From Antedon mediterranea (Eukaryota > Animalia > Echinodermata), in the NCBI RefSeq assembly GCF_964355755.1, contig NC_092676.1, positions 25,128,871 through 25,192,870 on the forward strand: a stretch of 64,000 bases of DNA, written 5' to 3'. The position numbers and the translations under genes were made by a program. The notes beneath the pieces were generated by a model. It made no database searches, was not told where the DNA came from, and saw only the letters and a list, made by a program, of their open reading frames with translations. This document shows, in pieces, positions 27,729-39,837 of the stretch (position 1 is its first letter; each line of letters starts with the position of its first letter).

Positions 27729-30700
27729 ATGGATAAAGTTGACACCAAAGTGTTAGACAGCATGTATCATCGTATTAATAATTTAAATCAACCATGTAAA
27801 GAAAAGCCTTCATTCGAATCAACATCTTGCCAGCAGCTATTTGCTTGTGACGTAACACCCGAGGAAGATTTTACGGAGAATGACGATTTTTCAAATTCGT
27901 TAAAACGTTCACAGAATATATTACAGTCTAAACAGAACGATTCCGGCGGAGAAAGTAGTTCCGGTGACTATCTAGCTCCTTTCAGCTTAAATGAAATTTA
28001 TTTTCAACTTAGCCCACATGGTAGGCCTATAGGCCTAGTAAACAGCAATAACCAACAGGTAAATATGGTACTATAGTTTGGTTAACATCGTTGCTCACGG
28101 TATTGGGTTCAAATCCAGACGCAATCTTTATTTTATAAATATACGAATTTATAATTCTTTTTTATCATTTATATTATTAATAAATTTCAAAAATACATCT
28201 TGGCCGCTAATTAAGTGACGTGACGATTTTATTCATCTAGGATCATGACATACGTGGTTGGTCATCATGTCCCACAATCCACTTGCACCCTACTCACCAG
28301 AATGCTCAAGACACATCCTGTAAATCTGCGACTTATCGATCAACCTCATCCAGTTATAACGATGCAAAGAACTCGCCACGGTCTCATAGTGCTGGTTCCT
28401 CCTCGAAGAAGAGCAGAACCAGCAGAGAAGGAGCTTCCTCCCGTCGAACAAGTGACGAGGGCTTCTGGAATGAACTCCCTCCACCTATGCCTATTCAGTA
28501 CCTCTTTAAACATTACAAATATCCAAGGCAATATGTAATTCAGTACAGGTAGGCCTAATATTTGTGCTTTATGCTCAAACGACTTTTTATTGTTTTGATA
28601 ACATCATTTGTATTTCCTGACGCAAAAAAAAAAAACAATTATCGCTTCGTAGTAATTAATTATTATAATATTGCATTATCATTATTCGATTGTGCAATGT
28701 GCAACATCAGAGAAGTTCACTCTTCCCTGGTTACATGTTATGTACAGTATTTGAGGTATATTACTTCAGGGAGATGTAAAATAAGACATCTCTAAACTTC
28801 GGATTACTTTCTTAGTTTGAACTGAAGCTTATGATATCGGTCATATCGCCCTCATGCGGATGATTAGGTGAAGTAGATCGAAGTTCGTGATAGTGGCGTA
28901 TTAGCAGTATTATTATATAGGGATTTTACACTTCCTTGATTTACATAACAATATGACATAATAGGGTCTATTTCGTCATAAATAGAAATAACATACACGC
29001 AAGCTGTATTTGTTTATAAAATGTCACAATATTAAGCAAGGGGGCCGGCAAATATTAAAACAATCAGGTTTATTTTTCACTTCAATTTGAAAGATTGATT
29101 TGAAGTAATAGTAATACTTTAAAGGAAAAAGTCTGACTAATGAAATACGATGATGATTGAAGATGAGGGTTTGTTTGACCCCTACCACCCCCTACCCTCA
29201 TCCACCCGGGTACGGTCTTGTTGAATAAAGAAAGGATTCGAATAACAATTAATAACAATATTCACTATGCATGGATAACAATCAATCTCACCACTCATGG
29301 GGAGACAGAGCTTTCACCGTTACTGCTCCTCGTCTATGGAATGCTCTACCGAGCTCTATCAGATTTTGCAAAACTGTTGATACTTTTAAAAAATTATTAA
29401 AAACACATTTATTCATTAAGGCATATGGAAATCATGAGGTTTCTTAAAGTTCTAGAATTGTATAGTATACTTTTTCCTGACCAGCATTATCTTTGGGGTG
29501 CCTCTGTCTTGGTTGTTGTCTCTGAGCACCCGGTCGTCTGTGGCAAGGCAAATGTGTATCCTGTTCCTTTGTTTGGTCACCTAGGTAGGGGTCCGGGACC
29601 GCGACAGAACGAGAACGGATGGGGACCCTCCAAAGAAATTGGATTTTATTTGTCGGGCATTTGTATGATTTGTTTTATTTCTTTGGAATGCGCCTTGAGC
29701 ACTCTTGAGTGGTATGTGCGCTATAAAAATCCTGTTATTATTATTATTATTATTATATTATTTGTTATGTTTAGTAAGGATTCCACCAATAGGAATAAGC
29801 AAATGCAATTTTTTCTGACTTTTCTTTTTGACAGCGCTATGAGCAATGATCGTTGGATTGCCACTTTAAAAATGGAACGATTGATTGATTGATTGATTGA
29901 TTATAATTTTTTTTTCTATTTTTAACATAATTGTCACTGTTAATATTCATTTATAAACACTTGCAGAGAGAAGTATACATACAAGAAGTTGAAGGAAAGA
30001 TTGTCGCTAACCAAGAATTTCGTGTCATCTGGCGGTTCCATACCAAAGGCACATCTCGTCTGCATTGACGCCCGCCAAGGGGTACGAGGTGTTACCCTCG
30101 GCAGTAAATCCGGATGCGAACGGATTGTAGAGAGCTTCGAACAAGTAATCCATGACAAAAGGGGGGTAAGTAAGCGTACTTTAGTATTTAGTATTGTTAG
30201 GCCTAATATGAATTAATATAAATGAGCTTCCCTCAACTTTCTTGTAACCTTTTTAATTTAAAGCGATTTTACAAAGACATTGACACGCCTGTTGGGACTA
30301 GACATGACGCCAAAAATATCTTCGAATAAACTCCGCACCATGACTCCGGAACATAACGATATGCATGTGATAATTAGTTTGTCAACTGAACCAAAACCAG
30401 ACAAAATTTACTTCTAAAACCGATACTGGATACTATGTCCCGAATTACGATGACTATGAGTCTATAGAGATTTAGAAATGCCCCTAGAATTCTTTTTCAA
30501 AAATATATTTTATTTTTAGAGTAAAGATCCAAGTCAGAAATGGAATTTATTTGGCCATTTAACCGATCGATGTGATCCGACGTTAACGGTAAATAACCCT
30601 TCACCGACAGAAATAGCGACATTTTCCAAAATGTCGACAGTTCGTAGGTCGTCGCCGTCCATTCCAAGTAACTCCAACGGAAGATTTGGGTTCCGTGGAA

Positions 30701-31262
30701 CTCCAGGTATGAAGAGGATTTGTTGTAGGCCTACTGTTATGTAGCCGCCGCTTGTAATGTATATTGCGACAATTGGTTAACTAGCTTGGTCCGGTTGCTA
30801 CTCTAGTACGTAAATGAAAGGACGTACGCAAGACTAACTGTTGCGCGTGGTTAGTCAAATTACTAAATGCCAACTCAGACAGCGTCGCATGAAGAGGCCC
30901 GACACAACGTCTTGAATCGTCGGTGCTGTCTTAAGATAGCGTCGGGCGTAGTTTTTAGGCCGTCATGAGAACACTAAACGTGTTTAATTTCCTACCGACG
31001 CGACGACTCGTCGGGCTTCGTCGTGCGACGCTACGTACGTCATTGTGTTGCGTCAGAATCAAAATGCCAATCACTGTGCTGTTAAAAGTTAAAAGGGGTT
31101 GATTATTGAGCGGTCGTTAGGGTCAGAAAGACAATGTATAAATGTGCATTATTTATTTTAATTTCAGAAGCACACTACCCATTTCAGTTAAACATCTCAG
31201 TCGGAAGCTGCACCATCAACAAACCAACAAAGAAAAGCAGCCGTGGAGTCATTACGAATTGA
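27729..31262 (+). CDS. Uncharacterised 372-aa protein, 5 coding exons
   Basis: Exons 27729-28058, 28241-28548, 29967-30165, 30520-30706, 31168-31262 splice in frame with canonical GT-AG sites (1119 nt); TGA 31260-31262; AATAAA near 31386. No recognised domain. Confidence 0.7.
29281..29757 (+). mobile_element. 5'-truncated L2/CR1-clade LINE (ORF2 C-terminus, 3' UTR, (ATT)n tail)
   Basis: Translates WGDRAFTVTAPRLWNALPSSIRFCKTVDTFKKLLKTHLF, the typical L2 ORF2 end; tail GCGCCTTGAG...GCGCTATAAAAAT..(TAT)n. Confidence 0.8.
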
Positions 31263-31846
31263 ACATCGTATTTGTTGTGTTGTCTTTATTTTGTATGTAA
31301 TTTATATACGATATGACTGATGATGTCACCTGAGTTTCGCCATTGAAGTTGACTAGTCTTGTCTAAGTATTTATTAATTATTAACAATAAATATTATATT
31401 TAGTACTATATAGAACATTGATACAATTTTTAATTTTGCGGCGTACAAGTCGTCATTTAACATCCCATCAACCGTGGAGATCGTTGCTTCAACTTTGCAG
31501 ATACAGTAGGTCTAGTGATCTTGATGAACAAGGTTCGACAATAGTTAGTTAATAATTAATTAGTATTATAACTATTTATAATTTCTCTGTGCTTAACATA
31601 TGAGTCTGCTGGAGCCTACGTGCGAACATGTTCTTACCATGGCCTTCTTACCAGAACTCCATGAGTCGTACTGACTGTCTGATCCTATATCGCAGTAGTA
31701 AGAGAAGTCGATTTAAAAGTGCAGAAAATACGGTACATCGAAATTCTTAAAACGTAAATGTCATGCATTAACTTCTATTTCTTAATAATGTGTTATAATG
31801 TATATAAACATATGTCTATATTACAAGCAAACATTCGACAGAATAA

Positions 31847-32548
31847 CTAATTGTATTCTAGCAAATACAACAAACCTATGTTTTCAATCATAAGCCTACA
31901 TTCCTCGTTATTGTTATTGGATTCTCGATTATTCTTGTTTGGATATTTTGATTGAGAATATTTCGAAGATCTCTTTTTAGTGCCTTTCATTGTGGAAGAG
32001 GTTCCTTGGTCTTTTTCTCTCAAAAGCCTGTTGTATTGGTCTTTGTTTAGCTTGGTCTTTCTTTTTTCAACTTTCAGGTTGTCACAGAGTTCTTTAACTC
32101 TCTTTACAAGTCGATCTTTAGTATTAGACAACTTGAAGCAGCTCTTCTTTAGGTTGGACAATTCTTCTTGTGCATCACAAAGATCCTGTTCCAATTTGTC
32201 AATAACTTCTCTCTGTTTCTCAATTTCAAGATCAGCGTTAATTAACCTGACGTCATTGTCTTGAGCCTGCGTGCTTTCTAGATCGTGGATCCTATTTTTA
32301 GCTTCGTTGAGGTCTCTTGTTTGATCACGTAAGAAACTTTTTAAGACTGTAACTTCAGACTTCGCTTCCCGACAGGTTTCTGTTAATGTAAAAACAAATT
32401 CTTCACGTTCGTCGTCATATTGTTGCCATTTGATGTTTCTTCCTTTTTCTTCCTTATACTTTAAAGCCAATCTTTCATTCTTTTCCTTCAGGATTCTGAC
32501 TTGATGTTTTTCGTGTATTCTATTATTCTCTCCCATTGCAGATGCCAT
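31847..32548 (-). CDS. EABR-domain coiled-coil protein (CEP55/TNIP2 family), single ORF, no UBAN or zinc finger
   Basis: 233-aa ORF with NIKWQQYDDEREEFVFTL (EABR signature NxxWxxYDxxRExYV) followed by long heptad coiled coil. The 3' end could splice to small exons near 31400-31680. Confidence 0.75.
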   Translation of the reverse strand: MASAMGENNRIHEKHQVRILKEKNERLALKYKEEKGRNIKWQQYDDEREEFVFTLTETCREAKSEVTVLKSFLRDQTRDLNEAKNRIHDLESTQAQDNDVRLINADLEIEKQREVIDKLEQDLCDAQEELSNLKKSCFKLSNTKDRLVKRVKELCDNLKVEKRKTKLNKDQYNRLLREKDQGTSSTMKGTKKRSSKYSQSKYPNKNNRESNNNNEECRLMIENIGLLYLLEYN

Positions 32549-35500
32549 TATTAGTAAAATGCAATAACTGGCAAAGGTAAAAGATTATTTTCCATATACC
32601 TACTGTGTGTACTGTTTTGAACCCGAGACACTCGAAGCAGTAAAATGTTCAGCAGAAAATTTCACTCTTTCAGTAGATCAACAATTTCAATAGCAAAATG
32701 TTGAACCTTAGCAAACAAAAAGGAATAAAAAGTCATTTGTCATTTGTATCATGATGTTTAGCACATACGTAAGCCTACTTTGCAAGCTCGCAAGAGGACA
32801 ATATTATATAGAACACATATTTAGATGAAAGTAATGGTGGCAAATTTATGGAAGAGATGTGAAGTTTCCACTCTACAGATCATTGCAAATCATAGGTTGA
32901 TCCAGGAAAGGTTGAAAGGTTGAAAGGTGAAAAATTGGCTTTTTCCACCCCAACCTCGTCCATAAGCAAATATTTTGCACTGCATACGGTAATTAGTTAA
33001 ATAAAACGAATAAAAAAGGATTAAAATGTAGCCATGGACCTCAATTCTAATTGCTAAATGGTATAGGCTACTATACTTAATGTTATAAAAGTAGCCTGGA
33101 GCATGCACCGAGTGCTTTCAATCTCTGATAAAGGCCTCATGCTGATCAATCGAATACATGTTAATCTTAGACAAAATTAACAGCTCAAAATCAAATAAAT
33201 AAAACAATACTCACGCAAAAACGTTAGATTTCACCAATTATACTGCATCAGTCTGAATAGGACAATCGATTGTACAGTGAGGTATTTCCCTGACCTGCAC
33301 ATAAACAATTGTCGTACAATAATATGCAAATTGAATAGTCTATAAATAAACTGTGGAATAACCTATAAAATGGGTAGGGAAATACCATTAACACTATGAA
33401 TAGACAACATAGAAATATATATATATATAATATGAAGTACAAAACACGAAGCCGAGGAGAGACAAAAGCATTAAACAAAACGCTGTCAACGGTAAGGTGT
33501 GTCTCTCCAACACAAAAATTACAAATAACAGGAATATATACTATAATAACAGAGACATTTCACAAGATAAAAAAAAGGATTTAAAAAGTTACAAAGTTTC
33601 TCTCCGACATGTCTTAATTTTTCGCTGACATTATGTTCTGTGATGACCAATTGTTTTCTTTTATTAATCGGTATAAATAAACAAAAACTAAAACAATAAA
33701 TTCAATATAATTACTGTTTGTTCTGATGTTATCAGCTTATCATGTATGACATAGTGTTTGTTTTGCTCAACAATCATTCAGTTTGTTTGTTGTCTGGTGA
33801 TTAAACAAATAACTCATGTGTTATTTGAGGACATAGACCTCTTCAATAGTCATCATATTTCATTTAATTTCATTTATTTATTCGACCAACAAAACATATA
33901 TACAATGTACAAAGATGAAATTGGTCAGGTACTGCTAAAGTAATATGATTACTGTAACTACAAGAGTCATCAGTCCCATATTTAATGAAACTAAAACACA
34001 GTTAAACCAGGGAAGGGTTAAATTACTAACGCTTCAATTCCCTGGTTAAACAAAACTAATTAGTGGAGTTCAGCTCAGTTTCGGTCACTCCCGGTTAGAC
34101 CACTATCTACATTAGTAAACAGAGTTATTTTTTCATGTTTTACGACTGATTGACATCAAACAAAGTCGACGTCTTGCAGTACAAAAGAACATCATACGTC
34201 TTGCCGACTCTCTTTAAGAGTAGTATAGAAGTATGAACAAATAAAAGGGTTTTACTAGTTATATTTTTGCCTTAGCGTTAACTACCTTTTAACTGATCAC
34301 GGAATGCAGAAGAATGTTTTATAACACAAGGCCCAAATATGGAGAATATATGCCATTGTTCGTATACAAACCAAATACGGTAAAAACTACATTCGCTGCG
34401 TTTTAATTTTAAATATAGGCCTGTTCGTAAATCTAATAAGACTCAACATGACAACGACCGGTAAACATACGAGGGTGTATACGGAATTCACAAGATAGAC
34501 ATGTAAATGTTACGTCACAAATATAACAATAAAAGTAAGGCCTAAGTCAAAGATAAATAGGAGGCTAATTTTCACATGGCCTTAGAAATGTGTGCGTCGG
34601 CGTGTGACATAATCTGGAATTTAGTGTTTGTGAAAGAAGGTAAGGGGGAGTAAACTCCGGTGCTCTGTGGGTGTAAATTAGTTCTGAATCAATGGAAGTA
34701 TCATACTGATGGGCGTCTCTTCCGGTAGTAACCAGAAATAAAGGCATAAACGTCGTAATTTTTCCAGTAAGCCCACACGATACATTCTTAGAAATGAGTC
34801 AAGAGTCGCACGTTTTACACCAAACCAATTTTACTTCTAAAATAATTTGCCCATCTCACCCGATTCCCAGTACTGTCACATATTTCCGATCAAGTATCAT
34901 AGGAATTTGGTAATTTGTGGTCACATTTGGTGCCTCTGTATGTAATTAGTAAGGTTATGTTAAGGGACGTGTTACTACTAGTAACGCGTATCTGATTAAA
35001 TATTACCATAATATTCCTATGATACTTCGGAAATATATACAGTACCGAGAATCGGCTGTTAATCCTAATAAGCAGTCGGTAAGCACCACCGGTTAAATTA
35101 AATCTCAAACAAAAGTATTAAATTACTATTCAATTATAATCATGAAGGTCCATATTCGATAGGCCACAAGCAGACGGTGACGTAATAATCGCATCATGTT
35201 CAGCGTCTTGAGGATTCAAACAATCAAGACGGAAAACAAAGTTGAATACCACGATATAATAGTTAGACATGATCAGTTATCGGTACCAAATAAAGTATCA
35301 GGAAGTTTATATTCATTTTTTAAAATTGAGACAAGAAAAGAAGAGACAACAGATTTAAATTCACTGCTATAGTTAGACATGATCAGCACCGGTACCAAAT
35401 AAGATATCAGGAAGTTTATATTCATTTTTTTTAAATCGAAGACAAGAAAAGAAGAGATAAATTCACTCGTGCTATTCATACACGGATAAGACATTATAAG

Positions 35501-36780
35501 TGATTTACAAAGACACGAAGACTCAAAGATATTATATAAAACTGGTGTGTTTATTACACATTTTTCTTTTGCTAATAGTATGTCATCATGGTACGGTATT
35601 CCGAAATAAAAAGATGAATGAATGAATAAATATTAACTTGGTAAACTATATACAATAAAAGTTTTGTTCTATTTTGTTGCATTGCATTGATGTTCAATCA
35701 AGATTAAACTGAATGAGAATGAAGTCTATCCAACCGAAGCAGCTGATCGTTGGGGTCCTCAAATATTAAACATAAAACAACGGAGAGGACCATTTACTAT
35801 ATACATAATTGAAAATACAGATAAATAAAATATAAAAAAACAAAAGCAGTTAAATAAGATAGACCGTGGTTTGATCTTGTTGTATTACAGTTTATTTTAA
35901 TAAATAGTTAAGTAAGTAAAACCTAAAATATTAAATTACTTAGGCCTACAGTTACAAATGTATAAAAAGTCGTAGAGAACCAGCTGTACATTTAAATAAA
36001 TAAACAATACATTTTTACAGTTATTTTACACTTCATTCAAACTAAAATAAATATCTTAAAATATAAATTATAACTAAATATAGGCCCTAATAATACTGAT
36101 AGTGAATGCTATATTAATATAGTAAAATATAAATATTAATATAGTAAAATATATATATTAATATAGTAAAATATAAAAGTATACAACTTAAACAGTACAA
36201 ATTTGTATAATATATTAAGACAACCAGTCGGATTTCCCTTTAAAACAGCACAAAATTAAACATGATTTCACTTTTTATGATATAACAAAAATATAGACCG
36301 TTTAATTAAAGAAACACTAATTCAAATAATGTTTTGAACAATTTTCTCAATATTAAAGATACATTTTGCCTTATAAAAAACCGCAAATTACATAATTAAA
36401 TATTAACTTGTATAATTTTACAATACTTTTAGTTACTGTTGAATGTCAACTATTTTCTTATTTTTAAACTTATTGGTTTAAATAACATTTTAACCACAAA
36501 ATTTAACTTTAATTTTTAATGAATTACGATTAATGTAATTTTATATAATAAATAACAACAATTTTTGCATAATAATACACATTATAAAACAATTCATAGA
36601 ACTTCCGGAATAGAATACATTTTAAACCCTGTTGATAGTACTGTTCAAACATTTTCTTTGGATTTTGATAATTTAATATTTTTTTTTATTATTCTTTTAA
36701 AAGTATTATTTTAATACTAATAATAACAACTGATTTCACATTGTTTTCAGAGCCCTCAAATTTTAAATGTACATAAATCA

Positions 36781-38384
36781 TTAGCATTGATCCATGTGTT
36801 CTACTAGTTTATCATGTTCAGAATATGTAAAATGCTTTGAACATTTTGGGCACTGAAGCTGTACACAACCATCAGCAACATCTTCTGTAGAATCTGTTCC
36901 ATCAACCTCAAGATCTTCTGAAGTAAGTTTGCTATCGTTCTGAATGTTGGTAGGAGAATCTGGTAAGTCAACCACATCAAAACCATTAATGTTATCTGCT
37001 TCAACATCGTCATAATAAGCTTGATAATAGTTGTTCCTTAGCCTTGGTTTGTAGATATTACGCATGTAACCACCTCCTCTTATTGGCTGGTCAAAACCTC
37101 TCTGCAGCTCTCCTAATTGCTCCTGGTAGAAGAAAATCAAATCTTTCTGTTGTTTGTTGGCTAGTTCAGCTTTTTCTACTTTCTCTTTGAGTTCTTGCAA
37201 CTGGCCTTGTACTCTGGCGCGATCCTTCCGCTCAAGCTCAAAATCCTCTCGGCTGGTTTTGATCTGATACTCAAGAGCTTGGATCTTTTCTTTGTTGGTG
37301 TCTTCCACAATTTCGTTACACTTTGGCTCGCCAAGTTCATTAAGTTGTTGCTGCAGAGATGCCAACTTTAAGGTCAATTCCTTGACATATTCTTCTCTCT
37401 GTCCATCATACATTTGCCACCTTGTGTTCATGGTGATAACATCTCCAAGCTGTTCTGTTAATTTCTTATTGTCCTTTTCCAATTCAAACACTTTCTTTTC
37501 AAGATGTTCTATCTTTTTCTTGTCAGATTGGTTTCCGCTCGTTTGTGAGTATGAAATACCTTTATCCTCATGTTGATAATTTCTAATTTCTTTGGATACA
37601 TCACCAATGATAATCACCATTTGCGCCAATTTTTGCTGCAGGTTACCTGTTTGCTGAGAAAAAAAAGCAATCGTTTTAAAATAATTGTTACAATTTTATT
37701 ATTATGCAGTTGGGATGGGGGAACGCTGCGTATGTATGCCACCTTCACTCACCTTTCAAAAAACAGAGGTGGGGGTGGGGGATGGGCTGAACATTGTAAA
37801 ATTACATGCTGAACAAATATAATGTCCTATAATGTAAATTTTAAATTGTTGTCTTTGCTCTGAAAAAAATTGATGCCGATTGATAATTTCATTCACGCTA
37901 GAATGTTGAACAGTTTTTAATTTTGAATAAGATTTCGAAAGATACTACAGCAGTGATGTTGAATAAATTAATTATGTAGCACGTAAATTATTTTAACTAA
38001 TAAAAATAATATAAATCCAATGGCAAATTATTGAAAATAATGAGAATGCTGTGGCTATCAGTGGCTGGATCTCAATGGAGATACAAAATAAAATAAGTAA
38101 TGATAAAATGACAATGTTGTGGGTACTGGATCCCAATGGAGATACAAAATAAAATAAGCAAAAAGCTAAATCAAAATGATAAAGTAAAACAGTCAGAAAA
38201 AGTAGCAGAGCTTTCGGGCAGCACTAGCCCTAATAATAATAATACTTACAGTCCTGTGCCCACCATCCTTCAACACTTGTAGATCTGACTGTCCGTGTTT
38301 TGTACCCTTTGATGTGAGATAATAAGAATCATCTTGCATTCTTGGTGGATTGTTGACAGGTATGTGTAACTTAGTTGACGGCAT
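36781..38384 (-). CDS. TNIP2: TNFAIP3-interacting protein 2 (ABIN-2)-like: EABR + UBAN + C-terminal C2HC zinc finger, 2 exons, 335 aa
   Basis: Exons 38250-38384 and 36781-37653 (phase 0). EABR NTRWQMYDGQREEYVKEL; UBAN IQALEYQIKTSREDFELERKDRARVQGQLQELKEKV; finger LQCPKCSKHFTYSEHDKLVEHMDQC-stop. Confidence 0.8.
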
Positions 38385-38572
38385 GTTGTAAATTATACTT
38401 TTAGTCTCTGTACTATTACAATATCACTCCTATACAATTTAATGTGTGACTGTCCACGTGTAAGTTTTTGATTCTTATTAACGTATCCCCTTATACCTTA
38501 TATTATAACCGCGCCGAAGTATTATTATTAGCCTACTATTGTAATTGGAAGTTGTAGCTATAAATAACCATT

Positions 38573-38616
38573 GAGGAAATATGACTCACACTGGAAATTT
38601 CCAGAATGTGACGTAA
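38573..38616. promoter_or_regulatory. Proximal ETS/AP-1/kappaB/CRE motif cluster upstream of TNIP2-like gene
   Basis: GAGGAA 38573, TGACTCA 38582-38588, palindromic CTGGAAATTTCCAG 38591-38604, TGACGTAA 38609-38616. Confidence 0.55.
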
Positions 38617-39720
38617 CAATGATAGACTGATACGCTCTGATAAACACGTCTACTATACGGGTAGTATTTATTATTGTTCTGGCAAAATCAGAAATCAAGC
38701 AGAAGAGTGATTAAATAGAAGCAACATTCTGTTTCAATTATTGAAATGAAATAAACTACAAGCATACTTTAAAAAGATAATTAGACAATCTAGACTTCAC
38801 AAGATATGACGAAAATTATCTACCAATAATGTAGGCCTATAGGCCCAGGCCTACATTAAAAAAAAGCATCCTGAAATGCATCCGTACCTGTCTACGTACC
38901 AGCTGACACATTGTTAGTCCGGCATTAATTGGAAAAGGGAAATGTAACTAAAATTGCCAAAATCTAATACAATAAGCCTGCTCATCATGAGAGGGCCGGA
39001 TCTTTTGTTCGAACACAATAAATATAGAATCCTAATAAGATTAATTAAATCAGACATTTTTGAATAGGTTATTTTGTAGTTTTAATAAAGTTAATCACTT
39101 CTGTAGAAAACAAACGGGAAAAATATGTTTTTACTTATAAAATAAAACTTATAAATGATTGAAAATACATTGGCAGCCAATTTGACCATTTTTTGCTTCA
39201 AATTGGTTTTTCAGGTAATGAATTTTGTTTAGATCCAATTACTTGTCAAAGTGGATAACTATGATGTGACAATACTATGGCATATTCAGGGAGATGTTTT
39301 ACATCTCCCTGGAATATTCTACAAAAACAATTATTTTTCATTAATATATAGATGATATTTTTGTTTTCTATCATCTTTATACATAATTTCTAGATCCATT
39401 AGGTAGGCCTACACTACACCACACTAAAAGTATGTAAAGTTCTCGGACGGATGCACGACATGCTGTGGTTATATTGATCACGCTGCTTACATATTATGTG
39501 TTTTCAATCACGTTACGGGAAGAATTGTTCATACTTAAGCGGATCGGCGATCACTTGATAAGGAACTTGATTACAGATATATCACGTTTTGGCTTTTTTC
39601 CCTTTTATTTTTTTTTTATCCGTAACGTAACAAAAAAAACTGCAAAGGAAAATTTGGAAAGTTTGATATGAAATCAATATTCATCATAGAATCAATAGCT
39701 TTCACCATGAAAGCAATATG

Positions 39721-39837
39721 TGAATTTCCCAATTTTGAATAAAACCCGACCACCCTTTCAATTCAGTAGTTTCGATCGATAAATAAGTAGTAATCGCTTG
39801 GGAATATTGTTGGGAAATTCCAAAACCGATGACGTCA
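39721..39837. promoter_or_regulatory. Distal kappaB/CRE motif cluster upstream of TNIP2-like gene
   Basis: TGAATTTCCC 39721-39730, GGGAAATTCC 39812-39821, TGACGTCA 39830-39837. Confidence 0.5.

Noticed and set aside
29425-29892. 155-aa + strand ORF
   Set aside because: Runs through the LINE 3' UTR and (ATT)n tail inside an intron.
33431-35370. Short ATG-started segments with gtaag donors (33431-33491, 34577-34640) and a 58-codon ORF near 35188
   Set aside because: Could not build a consistent multi-exon frame or recognise a product; a small gene or lncRNA cannot be excluded.
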